The notes under the pieces: generated by a model | Told to the model about the DNA's origin: nothing | The model's input: only the letters and a program-made list of their open reading frames with translations | The model's database searches: none | Source of the DNA: a bacterium | Lineage (GTDB): Bacteria; Auribacterota; UBA3054 | Direction of reading: 5' to 3' | DNA length: 44,838 nucleotides | Assembly (NCBI GenBank): GCA_017650925.1 | Contig: JAGCDY010000074.1 | Location: 1 to 44,838, forward strand | Part shown: one piece after another, positions 25,939-34,666 of the stretch | Position numbering within the stretch: position 1 is the first letter of the stretch | Layout: each line of letters begins with the position of its first letter | Translations under genes and position numbers: made by a program

Positions 25939-28539
25939 TTATTTTGATTTATTGGTCAGGTATCTTATTATCTTATCAAAAAGGTACGTCCCGAAGACAT
26001 TGTTCGGGAATCCCGAGGCTTCCCTGCCTCTTCCTCCGGAAAGTTTGAGCGTCGTAGCGATGAGCGTTCCCTTCCCGTAGGAATATTCCGCCAGGTACTC
26101 CGCAGCTTTCCAGTTTCTAGCGTCGCAGCGCCTCAATACGGGGTGTTTCATGGAGAAGCCCGTATCTGATACCTCTTTTGCGCATATGGCCCTTTCCGGG
26201 GCGACTGAGAAGTATCTGAGGTCCTCCGTGAAGCCGGAGCGCTTAAGCCCGGAAAAAATGGGATGCGGATAACTCACGGGGAAACTCTCGCGCCAGAAAG
26301 AGACCTCCTCCGTCGGGAAAGCGGGATCGCTCCCCTGCATAAGGAAAACCTTCCCTCCCTCGCGGAGGAATTTCCTGACAAACTCGTCAAGCTGGTCCGT
26401 TACGATGATCTTCGCCCCTTCCTTCACGCCTTTCATTCCCCTGAAAACGCTGGTGTGGTCTCTGAGCAGAAAGTTTTCGCTTCCTGTTTTCGGTTTGGGA
26501 TAAACGAAGATCGGCCAGAAATTGCTGTAATTCCCAAGACTGGCCGTCAGTTTCAGGTTGGCAGGGGCGGACACTTCCGGAAGGATCGCGTTGAAATAAC
26601 AGACTTCCTTTATTTCGCCTCTTTCTACTTTCGGCAGCAGGCGCTCCTCCCACAGGATCAGCTTTTCGTTATCGTCGCGCAGTTCCAGCCGCAGGGTCTC
26701 CCCTTGAAGATCGGACCCGGAGTAATTGGAGAGAAGGATGTGCAGATCGTAGGGAGCGCCGCTCCAGAAGCTGTAGCGGTCTTTCGGGCAGACGCGGTCG
26801 CCGCAGATCCAGGTCCTTCTCAGATCCCAAGCGGGCAAAAGCACCACGTCGCTGTTGAAACGGATGAATTCCTCGGGCGGGAATTTCATGTTGCCCAAGT
26901 CGTCGAAGAGTCCGCTGGTCGCGATCGGAACATCCCTTATCGCGGTTATGTCGTAGCCCGAGATCTCCCTGTAGCTCCGCGTCTCTTCCACGGTCACTTT
27001 GCGGTGTGTCAGGGCATGGTCTGCCGAGGCCGCCCTTAATTTTTCAAAGTCTTTCCTTAAATCTTTAAACACCTTCTCGAAGGTGTCGAGATAGAAATCA
27101 GGTTTCAGTTTTTTTATGGGATTGCTTTTAACGTTCCCGCTTTCCCACCAGAGGGAAGACGCCTTTTTCCCCTCCCTGACTTTTTTCAGGTTCCTTAAGG
27201 TATCGCTGTCGCAGTATTCGCCGAAGAGCCAGGGTTTCCCGGCGCGGTACGACGGCGTGAAATGATCGATTAGGTCCTCCATGTTCTGGAGTTCCCCGTA
27301 GAAATGATAGTCGAAGAAATCGCCGTAGGATACTTTCAATCCGCCGTAGCATTCGCCGGAACCGGAATTGTCTTTTACGGGAACGCCGAGCTTCTTTTTC
27401 AGTTTGAGATACGTCTCCTTCAGGATGTCCGCTTTGACAACGGAATTCATCTCGCAGCCCAAAGTCAGAAGGGCGACGCAGGGGTGTCCCAAGAGTTCCC
27501 CGCCAATGGCGTCGTACTCTCTTCTGATCCTGCTCTCCAATTCGGGACTCGCTTCGGGAAGCCACAAAGGAAACTCTATCCAGCAGAGCATCCCCTCTTC
27601 GTCGCAGATGTCGAGGTATTTTTTGCGCGGGATGTAGAGGCAGTGCTTTACGGCGTTGAAGCCCATTTTTTTGAGAGCCCTCACTTCGGCGCGGATGGCG
27701 TCCTCAACAGGATTCGGCGCGATAATTTCGTCGTAGAAGCCCCAGTGAAGGATCCCCCGCCAATAGATAGGATCCCCGTTGAGGAGCAGCGCATTGTCCT
27801 TGCAGCAGATCTCCCGGCGCGCCCAAAAGGTCTTGCCTTCCAAGCGGTCTTTGGCGCCTTTTATTTTGAAACTTATCTCATAGCGTTTGGGGTTTTCGGG
27901 AGACCATTTCTCCATCCGGCCGGAATTCAGCGGGACCACTATCTCTCTAGTGCCTTTTTTCAGCTCCCACTTCCCTCTTATTTCCCTGAGTCCTTTTATC
28001 TTCCCTTCCAGGTAATAGACGCCTTCTTTTTTTATTTCCAGTTCGAGTTTCAGCGAACAGTTGTCGGCGTAACAGCGGTTAAGAAGCGCTTCGTCATAGC
28101 CCTCCAAGGTTATATCGTCCCAGATCCCGCCGAATGTGCAGCAGACGTCCGGCACGAAACCGGAGAGCACTTTTCTCAGAGGATACGGGTCGCCGTCGTA
28201 ATAGCCTGGCTTGGCGATTTTGAAAACAAGCTCGTTCTCGCCGTCAACTAGGAAGCGCGTGACGTCGAAAGAAAATTCATTCCACAAACCTTCATGGGCG
28301 CCGACCTTCCTTCCGTTGAGTGTGATCTCGCAAAAGTAGCTGACGGCCTTGCAGCGCAGAAGGTAAAATTTGAAACGCTTCTTAAGGGAAAAAGTTTTTT
28401 TCAGCGTGAAGAAGCCGCCGAAGTCTTTTCTTTCCGTAAATCTCTCGACCGCGCCGGGAACCCTCACCGCGAATTTTTCGCCGTCCATATTGGCCTGCCA
28501 GACGCCTCCGAGATCGATGATGTTCGAAATGATCTTCAT
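25939..28539 (-). CDS. Glycoside hydrolase family 2-like protein
   Basis: Motifs IDLGGVW, LNGRKVGAHEG, FDVT..L..GENEL, GGIWDDI, WSPENPKRY, LLNGDPIYWRG, KKMGFNAV, CDEEGML, HP.V...LGCE and GEY. No signal peptide. Confidence 0.85.
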   Translation of the reverse strand: MKIISNIIDLGGVWQANMDGEKFAVRVPGAVERFTERKDFGGFFTLKKTFSLKKRFKFYLLRCKAVSYFCEITLNGRKVGAHEGLWNEFSFDVTRFLVDGENELVFKIAKPGYYDGDPYPLRKVLSGFVPDVCCTFGGIWDDITLEGYDEALLNRCYADNCSLKLELEIKKEGVYYLEGKIKGLREIRGKWELKKGTREIVVPLNSGRMEKWSPENPKRYEISFKIKGAKDRLEGKTFWARREICCKDNALLLNGDPIYWRGILHWGFYDEIIAPNPVEDAIRAEVRALKKMGFNAVKHCLYIPRKKYLDICDEEGMLCWIEFPLWLPEASPELESRIRREYDAIGGELLGHPCVALLTLGCEMNSVVKADILKETYLKLKKKLGVPVKDNSGSGECYGGLKVSYGDFFDYHFYGELQNMEDLIDHFTPSYRAGKPWLFGEYCDSDTLRNLKKVREGKKASSLWWESGNVKSNPIKKLKPDFYLDTFEKVFKDLRKDFEKLRAASADHALTHRKVTVEETRSYREISGYDITAIRDVPIATSGLFDDLGNMKFPPEEFIRFNSDVVLLPAWDLRRTWICGDRVCPKDRYSFWSGAPYDLHILLSNYSGSDLQGETLRLELRDDNEKLILWEERLLPKVERGEIKEVCYFNAILPEVSAPANLKLTASLGNYSNFWPIFVYPKPKTGSENFLLRDHTSVFRGMKGVKEGAKIIVTDQLDEFVRKFLREGGKVFLMQGSDPAFPTEEVSFWRESFPVSYPHPIFSGLKRSGFTEDLRYFSVAPERAICAKEVSDTGFSMKHPVLRRCDARNWKAAEYLAEYSYGKGTLIATTLKLSGGRGREASGFPNNVFGTYLFDKIIRYLTNKSK

Positions 28540-28886
28540 TCCCGCTCCGGATCCCTCATCACTTCCGCGGCTTCGCAGAGATACTCTTCTATGAGATCCT
28601 CGTCGAAGCCTTTTCGCGCAAGAAAAGCCGCAAGCGATGAAAGCGTCGACGGTTTCAGCTCTTTCCCTTTTTTCAGGAGGTATTCCCTAGCCGCCGTCCT
28701 CAGCGCCTCGCGGTCGTTGCCGGCTATCTTGATAAGCCCAAGTTCGACCAGGCGCGCGGCCGCGGCGCGGCTCTCATCAGGAGAGTAGCCGCGGCGCGTC
28801 AGTCTTTCGGTCATTTCCTTTTCGGAATAGTCGCGCACTGCCAGGAGCTCAGCTCCCAGCCGCACGGCGTCCTTATTTGGACTCAT
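28536..28886 (-). CDS. recX: Regulatory protein RecX (short form)
   Basis: [21 protein letters not shown] and FLARKGF motifs. Overlaps the recA stop. Confidence 0.85.
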   Translation of the reverse strand: MSPNKDAVRLGAELLAVRDYSEKEMTERLTRRGYSPDESRAAAARLVELGLIKIAGNDREALRTAAREYLLKKGKELKPSTLSSLAAFLARKGFDEDLIEEYLCEAAEVMRDPERE

Positions 28887-29938
28887 TTTTCCTTTTTGCT
28901 TTCCTTGGTCTCTTCTTTCTCGGGCAGGTCGCCTTTGAGGAGACCGTACTTCTCCCTGATCATGCCTTCCACTTTCTTGGCAAAATCGGGATCGTTCTTA
29001 AGGTATTCCTTGCAGGCGTCGCGGCCCTGGGCCAGGCGCTGGTCGCCGAAGGAGAACCAGGCGCCGCGCTTCTGGATGATGTCCATAGCGGTGGCGACGT
29101 CGACGAGCGTTCCCTCGTAGGAGATGCCTTCGTCGTACATGATGTCGAACTCGGCTTCCTGGAAGGGCGCGGCCACTTTGTTCTTCACGACTTTAACTTT
29201 GGCGCGGATGCCGTTGGAGTTTCCTTCGTTGTCTTTCAAGGTACTCATCCTGCGGATGTCGAGTCGGCAGGAGGAGTAGAACTTCAGCGCGCGGCCGCCG
29301 GTCGTCGTTTCGGGGTTGCCGAACATCACGCCGATCTTCTCCCTGATCTGGTTGATGAAGATGCAGGCGCAGCGGGAGCGGCCGATTATGGAAGTGAGTT
29401 TCCTCAGAGCCTGCGACATCAGTCTCGCCTGCAGTCCGACGAAGGAGTCACCGATCTCGCCCTGGATCTCAGCCTTGGGGACAAGAGCGGCCACGGAGTC
29501 GATGACGACGACGTCCACGGCGTTCGAGCGAACGAGAGTCTCGGCGATGGAAAGCGCGTCCTCTCCGCAGTCAGGCTGGGAAATGAGGAGGCTGTCCAGG
29601 TCGACGCCTATACGCCTGGCGTAACCGGGATCGACCGCGTGCTCGGCGTCGATGTAAGCAGCCACGCCGCCCATCTTCTGGGCGTTGGCCACCACGCTCA
29701 AAGCCAGAGTTGTCTTGCCGCTTGATTCGGGGCCGTAGACTTCCGTGATCCTGCTCCTCGGAATGCCGCCCACGCCAAGAGCCAGATCCAGCGTCAGGGC
29801 GCCCGTCGGAATGACGGGAATGTTAGCCACATGGTTTTCCCCGAGGCGCATGATCGACCCCTGGCCGAACTGCTTCTCGATCTGTCCGATGGCAGCTTCC
29901 AAGGCCTTCAGTTTTTCATTTTTTTCAGCTGTTGCCAT
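28883..29938 (-). CDS. recA: Recombinase RecA
   Basis: Motifs [49 protein letters not shown] and [18 protein letters not shown]. Confidence 0.99.
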   Translation of the reverse strand: MATAEKNEKLKALEAAIGQIEKQFGQGSIMRLGENHVANIPVIPTGALTLDLALGVGGIPRSRITEVYGPESSGKTTLALSVVANAQKMGGVAAYIDAEHAVDPGYARRIGVDLDSLLISQPDCGEDALSIAETLVRSNAVDVVVIDSVAALVPKAEIQGEIGDSFVGLQARLMSQALRKLTSIIGRSRCACIFINQIREKIGVMFGNPETTTGGRALKFYSSCRLDIRRMSTLKDNEGNSNGIRAKVKVVKNKVAAPFQEAEFDIMYDEGISYEGTLVDVATAMDIIQKRGAWFSFGDQRLAQGRDACKEYLKNDPDFAKKVEGMIREKYGLLKGDLPEKEETKESKKEK

Positions 29939-29958
29939 AATTTATCTCCTGGTGTTTT

Positions 29959-30450
29959 TTAAATAATTTCTTCCCAGATCATGGAAAGCGCCTCCATGAT
30001 CGTCAAATGCCTGATGTCTTCCCTGCTGCCCTTGAAGTGGAAGCATTTCGTCTTCGTCTCGTAAGACAGCGCAATTCCGATCCAGACGGTCCCGACGGGA
30101 TTGTCAGAACCGTCGCCGTCCGGGCCGGCGATGCCGGTTATAGAGACAGCAAGATCCGTGTCGAAAATTCTCCTTGCCCCTTCGGCCATGGCGGCCGCGC
30201 ATTCCTTGCTTACGGCGCCTTTCTCGGAAAGGATCTCCTCGCTCACTCCCAGAAGGCCCGTTTTGATCTCGTTCTGGTAAGCTACCGCCGAACCCTTGAA
30301 CCAGGAGGAGCTGCCGGGAACGGAGACGAAGCAGGCGGAAAGGCCTCCGCCGGTGCAGGACTCAGCGGTGCTGATAGTCACGCCCCTGAACTTCATGGCT
30401 TCCCCGATCTTGGCAGCCTGTTCTGTTTCCCTCGGCCCGTAGATCATCAT
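29959..30450 (-). CDS. pncC: Nicotinamide-nucleotide amidohydrolase (CinA C-terminal domain/PncC)
   Basis: Motifs TAESCTGG, VPGSS, GAVS, AMAEGAR, SITGIAGPDG and PVGTVWI. Classic position upstream of recA. Confidence 0.9.
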   Translation of the reverse strand: MMIYGPRETEQAAKIGEAMKFRGVTISTAESCTGGGLSACFVSVPGSSSWFKGSAVAYQNEIKTGLLGVSEEILSEKGAVSKECAAAMAEGARRIFDTDLAVSITGIAGPDGDGSDNPVGTVWIGIALSYETKTKCFHFKGSREDIRHLTIMEALSMIWEEII

Positions 30451-32987
30451 TCCGCCGCCTCACTTAGAACATTGGTGACGGCCGGCTGCCAGGAATCGAG
30501 CGCAACTGCCACGCCAAGCTCCCGGTCGTCCGCGAAACCATAGTGCCTCGGCATCCATTGCCTGGAGGCTATCAGTTCCACCAGGTTGGTCTTTCTCAAA
30601 GGAATGTCATCCGGTATGTCATACTCAAAAGAGCGCCACAGTTTGTCGGCCAAAACCACAGTGTCAAGATAATGGCCGTTTACGTAGATCGCCGCTGACA
30701 GAGGATAATAGCGCAGGAAAGGATTGCCCGCCCTCAGTTTCAGCCTGAAGTCGCGGCGGTTACCCAAATACTCGAAATGGGCCTGTGCCTTCGTCCAGGA
30801 GAAGACTACGCCCCTGGGATCGGTCTCCTTGTTGTAAAAACCGCCTTCCGGGTCTTTTTCTTTGTGCCAGCGGATATTGCTCATGGCTACGCCCAGAGTC
30901 CTCTCGTCCCCCGGTACGCCGTAGTCGCAGGGGCTCCAGGTCTTCTCGCACGCGAGGCGGAAAGTCACGCACTGGTCGGCCACCGAGTCGAAAGGCAGGG
31001 CATATCCGACAGGCACCGTCACCTTGCAGGCTTCTCCGGGAGCTGAAAGCATAACGTTCGTCAAGGCTTCGCCGTTGACAAAGACGGTGACCTTCTGCGG
31101 ATCCTCCGTAAGTTTCGGGAAATTGCTGATCAGTTCGAAGGAAGCGTAGTTGTTCATTTTCTTGACGCACAAGACGCCGTTCTTGCCGCACCATCTCCAG
31201 GGCCTGGATTGGGCGTGCCAGTTTTCCCAGGCGAAGAATCCCTCCTCGCCGACGGCGCCGATGGAAGCCCTTCTCCGCTCGCTGTTGAGGTCTTTAGAGT
31301 TCAGTTCGCGATAATACAGGAAAGAGGCGCCGGACAAGAGCAGGACGCCTATGAAAGCCATCATCCTGGCCTCGTTGTGAAGCCTTATGAAGGAGCGTGA
31401 CCGGGAACCGAGATAAGCAAGAGAAAAGCCCAGGAGAATATGCCAGGAGACGTTCACTTCCATCACTTCCTGGTGCACGCCGAGGAAAAGGAGCGTCGCG
31501 AAAACGGGAAGCGGCAGGAAAACAGTCCAGAGCTTGGCAAGCTCCTCTTCCTCGCCCCGCAGCTTCAGCCAGGCCGCGGCGAAAGAAAGGAATACGCCGC
31601 CCATGAAAAGCAAAAGGCCGATCATTCCGAAAAGGCCGCTCTCCGCCTTGACTTGCAGATAAAAGTTACAGGCGTTGTCCGGGGCCCTCAGATTCTCCTC
31701 CTCGTACTTGGCGAAATTGGGAAGCTCCACGACGAAGCTGCCGATGCCCACGCCGGACGGCCAGGTCCTCTCCGCGGTCAGCTGGGCGTACCTCGGGTAT
31801 AGCTGGCGCCTGCCGTCGTTGAAGATCCTCAGTATGCTGCCGGAATTCCTTATGCTGCGGATGTCCTTTTTCAGCCTTCTCTGCAAGGCCGGGCTTTTCG
31901 TCGTCCCCGTCAGGATCGTGTCGGCCTTCTTAACAAGGAACATGCTGTACATCCCCGCGCCGCTCGCCAAAACTATGAGAGCGAGCGCGACGATCGCGAC
32001 CCTGACGAGCGGCCGCGCCCTGAGGACGGTCTTGGTGTTGATGAAAAAGCCGACCGCGAAAAGGAAAATTGCGACCACGATCGCGAGGAAACCGCTGCGG
32101 GAACCGGAAAAATTGATGCCGAAAACGCAGAGAACGAGCCAGACCAGAAGGAGCGCGGGCCAAACGTAGCCTTTCTCCTTTTTCCAGGAGGCAAGAAAAG
32201 CCAGACCGAAAGAAAAAGCCAATCCCAAAACCACTCCGAGAGCGTTGGGATCCTGGCAGGTCCCGTTCACTCTTCCCATCCTTACCCAATAGAAGGAGCG
32301 GTTGGCGCAGAACTCGATGGAAAAATAGCGTTGGAAAAAAGCCGCCGCGAGGGCTATGGTGCAGCCAGCGGCGAAAAACAGCCACATCCTGAAATAGAAC
32401 TTCAATATGTTCCTTCCCGCCCTCTCCTCAAGGTTCGCCAGACGGTGGGCGAAGGGGATCAGCATCAATCCGGCGATCAACTGGGTGGCGTTGAAGGTGA
32501 TGTATATCAGCGCCTTTTCCCTGGTCCATTCCTTGTCGTTGACTATCTGCGAGAAAAAAGCCTTGTTGCCGAGGACCCAGTCCGGGGCGTAGCGGGTGAC
32601 GCTGGCAAATATGCCGATAAGAGCGACGAAAAGCCAGAGCGTCCATCCTATGTGGCCGGGAAAAGGCTCGTAAGCCTCCTTCGAAAAGAGCTCGTGCCAG
32701 CAAAGTCCCGAAAGGACGGCCAGAAGGACGAAGACGTGCATCGGATGCGTGCTGCCTCCGGTGGCGAGCAAAGGAATGGCGACCAAAAAGGGCGCCGTGA
32801 AAAGCAGAAGGGAAAAAGCCCACTTAGGCCGCCACAGGGCAAAAACGAAGCCCAAGAACGCAAGGGAGACGAGAGGCGGCCAGACGAAGACGTTGCCGGG
32901 GGCGAACCGGCTGTAAAGAGCCGCGTCCCACCCCAAGAAGAGCGAGCCCAGAAGGAACAGCGAAACTTTACACACCAAGTTAACCAT
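30447..32987 (-). CDS. O-antigen ligase (Wzy_C/WaaL)-family membrane protein with two C-terminal extracytoplasmic repeats
   Basis: Many TM segments. Motifs RVNGTCQDPNALG, FSGSRSG, P.GVGIGSF and NACNFYLQVKAESGLFG. Duplicated soluble C-terminal domain. Confidence 0.8.
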   Translation of the reverse strand: MVNLVCKVSLFLLGSLFLGWDAALYSRFAPGNVFVWPPLVSLAFLGFVFALWRPKWAFSLLLFTAPFLVAIPLLATGGSTHPMHVFVLLAVLSGLCWHELFSKEAYEPFPGHIGWTLWLFVALIGIFASVTRYAPDWVLGNKAFFSQIVNDKEWTREKALIYITFNATQLIAGLMLIPFAHRLANLEERAGRNILKFYFRMWLFFAAGCTIALAAAFFQRYFSIEFCANRSFYWVRMGRVNGTCQDPNALGVVLGLAFSFGLAFLASWKKEKGYVWPALLLVWLVLCVFGINFSGSRSGFLAIVVAIFLFAVGFFINTKTVLRARPLVRVAIVALALIVLASGAGMYSMFLVKKADTILTGTTKSPALQRRLKKDIRSIRNSGSILRIFNDGRRQLYPRYAQLTAERTWPSGVGIGSFVVELPNFAKYEEENLRAPDNACNFYLQVKAESGLFGMIGLLLFMGGVFLSFAAAWLKLRGEEEELAKLWTVFLPLPVFATLLFLGVHQEVMEVNVSWHILLGFSLAYLGSRSRSFIRLHNEARMMAFIGVLLLSGASFLYYRELNSKDLNSERRRASIGAVGEEGFFAWENWHAQSRPWRWCGKNGVLCVKKMNNYASFELISNFPKLTEDPQKVTVFVNGEALTNVMLSAPGEACKVTVPVGYALPFDSVADQCVTFRLACEKTWSPCDYGVPGDERTLGVAMSNIRWHKEKDPEGGFYNKETDPRGVVFSWTKAQAHFEYLGNRRDFRLKLRAGNPFLRYYPLSAAIYVNGHYLDTVVLADKLWRSFEYDIPDDIPLRKTNLVELIASRQWMPRHYGFADDRELGVAVALDSWQPAVTNVLSEAAE

Positions 32988-33007
32988 AATATTAGGATTA
33001 TACCATA

Positions 33008-33535
33008 TTAAGGACCTTCTATCCTCGCTTTAAGTTTGGCGAGGGTCTTCTTCAGGCGCCGCATGATCGTAGAGGCGTGCACTCCCCTTTTGGCGGCCAT
33101 TTCATCGAGCGTCAAGTCCTTGAAGTAATACTCCTCAAGGATCCTTTTCTCGTCGCCGCGAAGCTCCGACCTGGCCTTGGCCATCAGTTCGTAGGTCTCC
33201 TCTTTCTCGGCAAGCAGGGAAGCCGACGGTTCCGCCGCGTGCTCCTCGTAAATGAGGGTCGTGCTCCGCCTTTTGGCTTTGTGCATATAGGTGCTGACTA
33301 TGTTGGAAAACCGCCTCATGATGAGCTCCTCCAGTGGCTTCTCTCCCCTGTAGCCCGCCAGGTCGCTTTTCCAAAGCACGAAGATCAGATCGGAAAAGAA
33401 CTCCTCGAAATGATTGTGACAGCGGTAACGCTTAGCCAGAATGTAGCAGGGATTGCGGTAATCCCTGATGAATTTCCGCCAGGCTTCCTCGTCCCCGGAG
33501 CGCAGCCTTCTGGCAGAATCGAGATCTTCGTTCAT
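33008..33535 (-). CDS. ECF-type RNA polymerase sigma factor (divergent)
   Basis: N-terminal GDEEAW..F..Y region 2. Region 4 reads L..DEKRILEEYYFKDLTLDEMAAKRGVHASTIMRRL. Start is ATG 33535 or TTG 33544. Confidence 0.8.
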   Translation of the reverse strand: MNEDLDSARRLRSGDEEAWRKFIRDYRNPCYILAKRYRCHNHFEEFFSDLIFVLWKSDLAGYRGEKPLEELIMRRFSNIVSTYMHKAKRRSTTLIYEEHAAEPSASLLAEKEETYELMAKARSELRGDEKRILEEYYFKDLTLDEMAAKRGVHASTIMRRLKKTLAKLKARIEGP

Positions 33536-33574
33536 GGCTTCCAAAATTCAGTGATTGCGCCATAAACAGGTCTC

Positions 33575-33603
33575 ATTTTATTTTCTTTGGGGACAGGATT
33601 CAA
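33575..33603 (-). promoter_or_regulatory. Putative sigma70 promoter for the ECF sigma...recA run
   Basis: The minus strand reads TTGAAT-N17-TAAAAT. Confidence 0.55.
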
Positions 33604-33666
33604 GCTTTTTTTAAAATTCGCCTCGTTTTGATGGCGCCTGTCTCCCAAAAAAAGCCGGGGCTCTTT

Positions 33667-33675
33667 TGCTATAAT
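33667..33675 (+). promoter_or_regulatory. Extended -10 promoter element for the GT2-cstA operon
   Basis: TGcTATAAT about 48 nt upstream of ATG 33723. Confidence 0.55.
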
Positions 33676-33722
33676 AGAAAGTTAAAGATTATCAAACAAT
33701 TAAAAACCAAACCGCGTTTTTT

Positions 33723-34658
33723 ATGGATATCTCTTTTGTTATTCCCGTCTTCAACGAAGAGGGCGACATAAGGCAGCTGCATTCCGAGATAACGGAGGTC
33801 ATGGGCGGACTGGGCCTCGATTACGAGATCTTCTTCATCAACGACGGCAGCAGGGACTCAAGCTGGGAGATCATTAAAGATCTGGCGCAATCGGACGGCC
33901 GCGTCCACGGGGTGGCCTTCAGGCGCAATTTCGGCAAATCCGAAGCTCTCTCTGCCGGCTTCAAAAGAGTATCCGGCAAATACGTCTTCACGATGGACGC
34001 CGACCTCCAGGACGACCCGCACGAGATCCCGGCTTTCCTGGAAATGATGAAACAGGGCTACGACCTTGTGTCGGGCTGGAAACAGACGCGCCATGATCCT
34101 CTGGAGAAGCGCTTGCCGTCCAAACTCTTCAACGCGACCGTCTCCCACATGACGGGCGTCAAACTCCACGACTTCAATTGCGGCTTCAAGTGCTACACCA
34201 AGGCCTGCACCGAGGAAATAGACTGCTACGGCGAACGCCACCGCTTCATGCCCGCCCTGGCTCACGAAAGGGGCTTCAAGGTGGGCGAACTGGTCGTCAA
34301 CCACCGCGCCAGGATCCACGGGAAATCGAAGTTCGGCTTTGAGCGCTACGTGAGAGGCTTCATGGATCTTCTGACGGTCACGTTCCTGGCCGCCTATTCA
34401 AGACGCCCGGCGCATTTGATCGGCGGCATCGGCGTGCTTTCTATAATACTGGGAGGTTTTTGTCTCATCCTGTCCCTTTTGCTCTACCTCTTCGGCGGCT
34501 TTAATCAGGTCATAGCGTCCGCCCCGATCTTCATCACCGCCCTGGCCTTTTTTGTTTTCGGCGGTATTTCTATCTTCTTGGGTCTGATCTCCGAACTGAT
34601 CGTCGACCGTTCGCGCACACCGCAGAAGACTATCCATTCCGTAAGGGAGGAATTCTAA
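33723..34658 (+). CDS. GT2 polyprenyl-phosphate glycosyltransferase (ArnC/GtrB/DPM1-like)
   Basis: Motifs VIPVFNEE, NDGSRD, RNFGKSEAL, MDADLQDDP, HDFNCGFK, HRFMP, HRAR.HGKSK and two C-terminal TM helices. Confidence 0.92.
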   Translation: MDISFVIPVFNEEGDIRQLHSEITEVMGGLGLDYEIFFINDGSRDSSWEIIKDLAQSDGRVHGVAFRRNFGKSEALSAGFKRVSGKYVFTMDADLQDDPHEIPAFLEMMKQGYDLVSGWKQTRHDPLEKRLPSKLFNATVSHMTGVKLHDFNCGFKCYTKACTEEIDCYGERHRFMPALAHERGFKVGELVVNHRARIHGKSKFGFERYVRGFMDLLTVTFLAAYSRRPAHLIGGIGVLSIILGGFCLILSLLLYLFGGFNQVIASAPIFITALAFFVFGGISIFLGLISELIVDRSRTPQKTIHSVREEF

Positions 34659-34666
34659 TTTAAGCC

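Noticed and set aside
28877-29725. 282-aa ORF antisense to recA
   Set aside because: Shadow ORF of a GC-rich, codon-biased gene, with no motifs.
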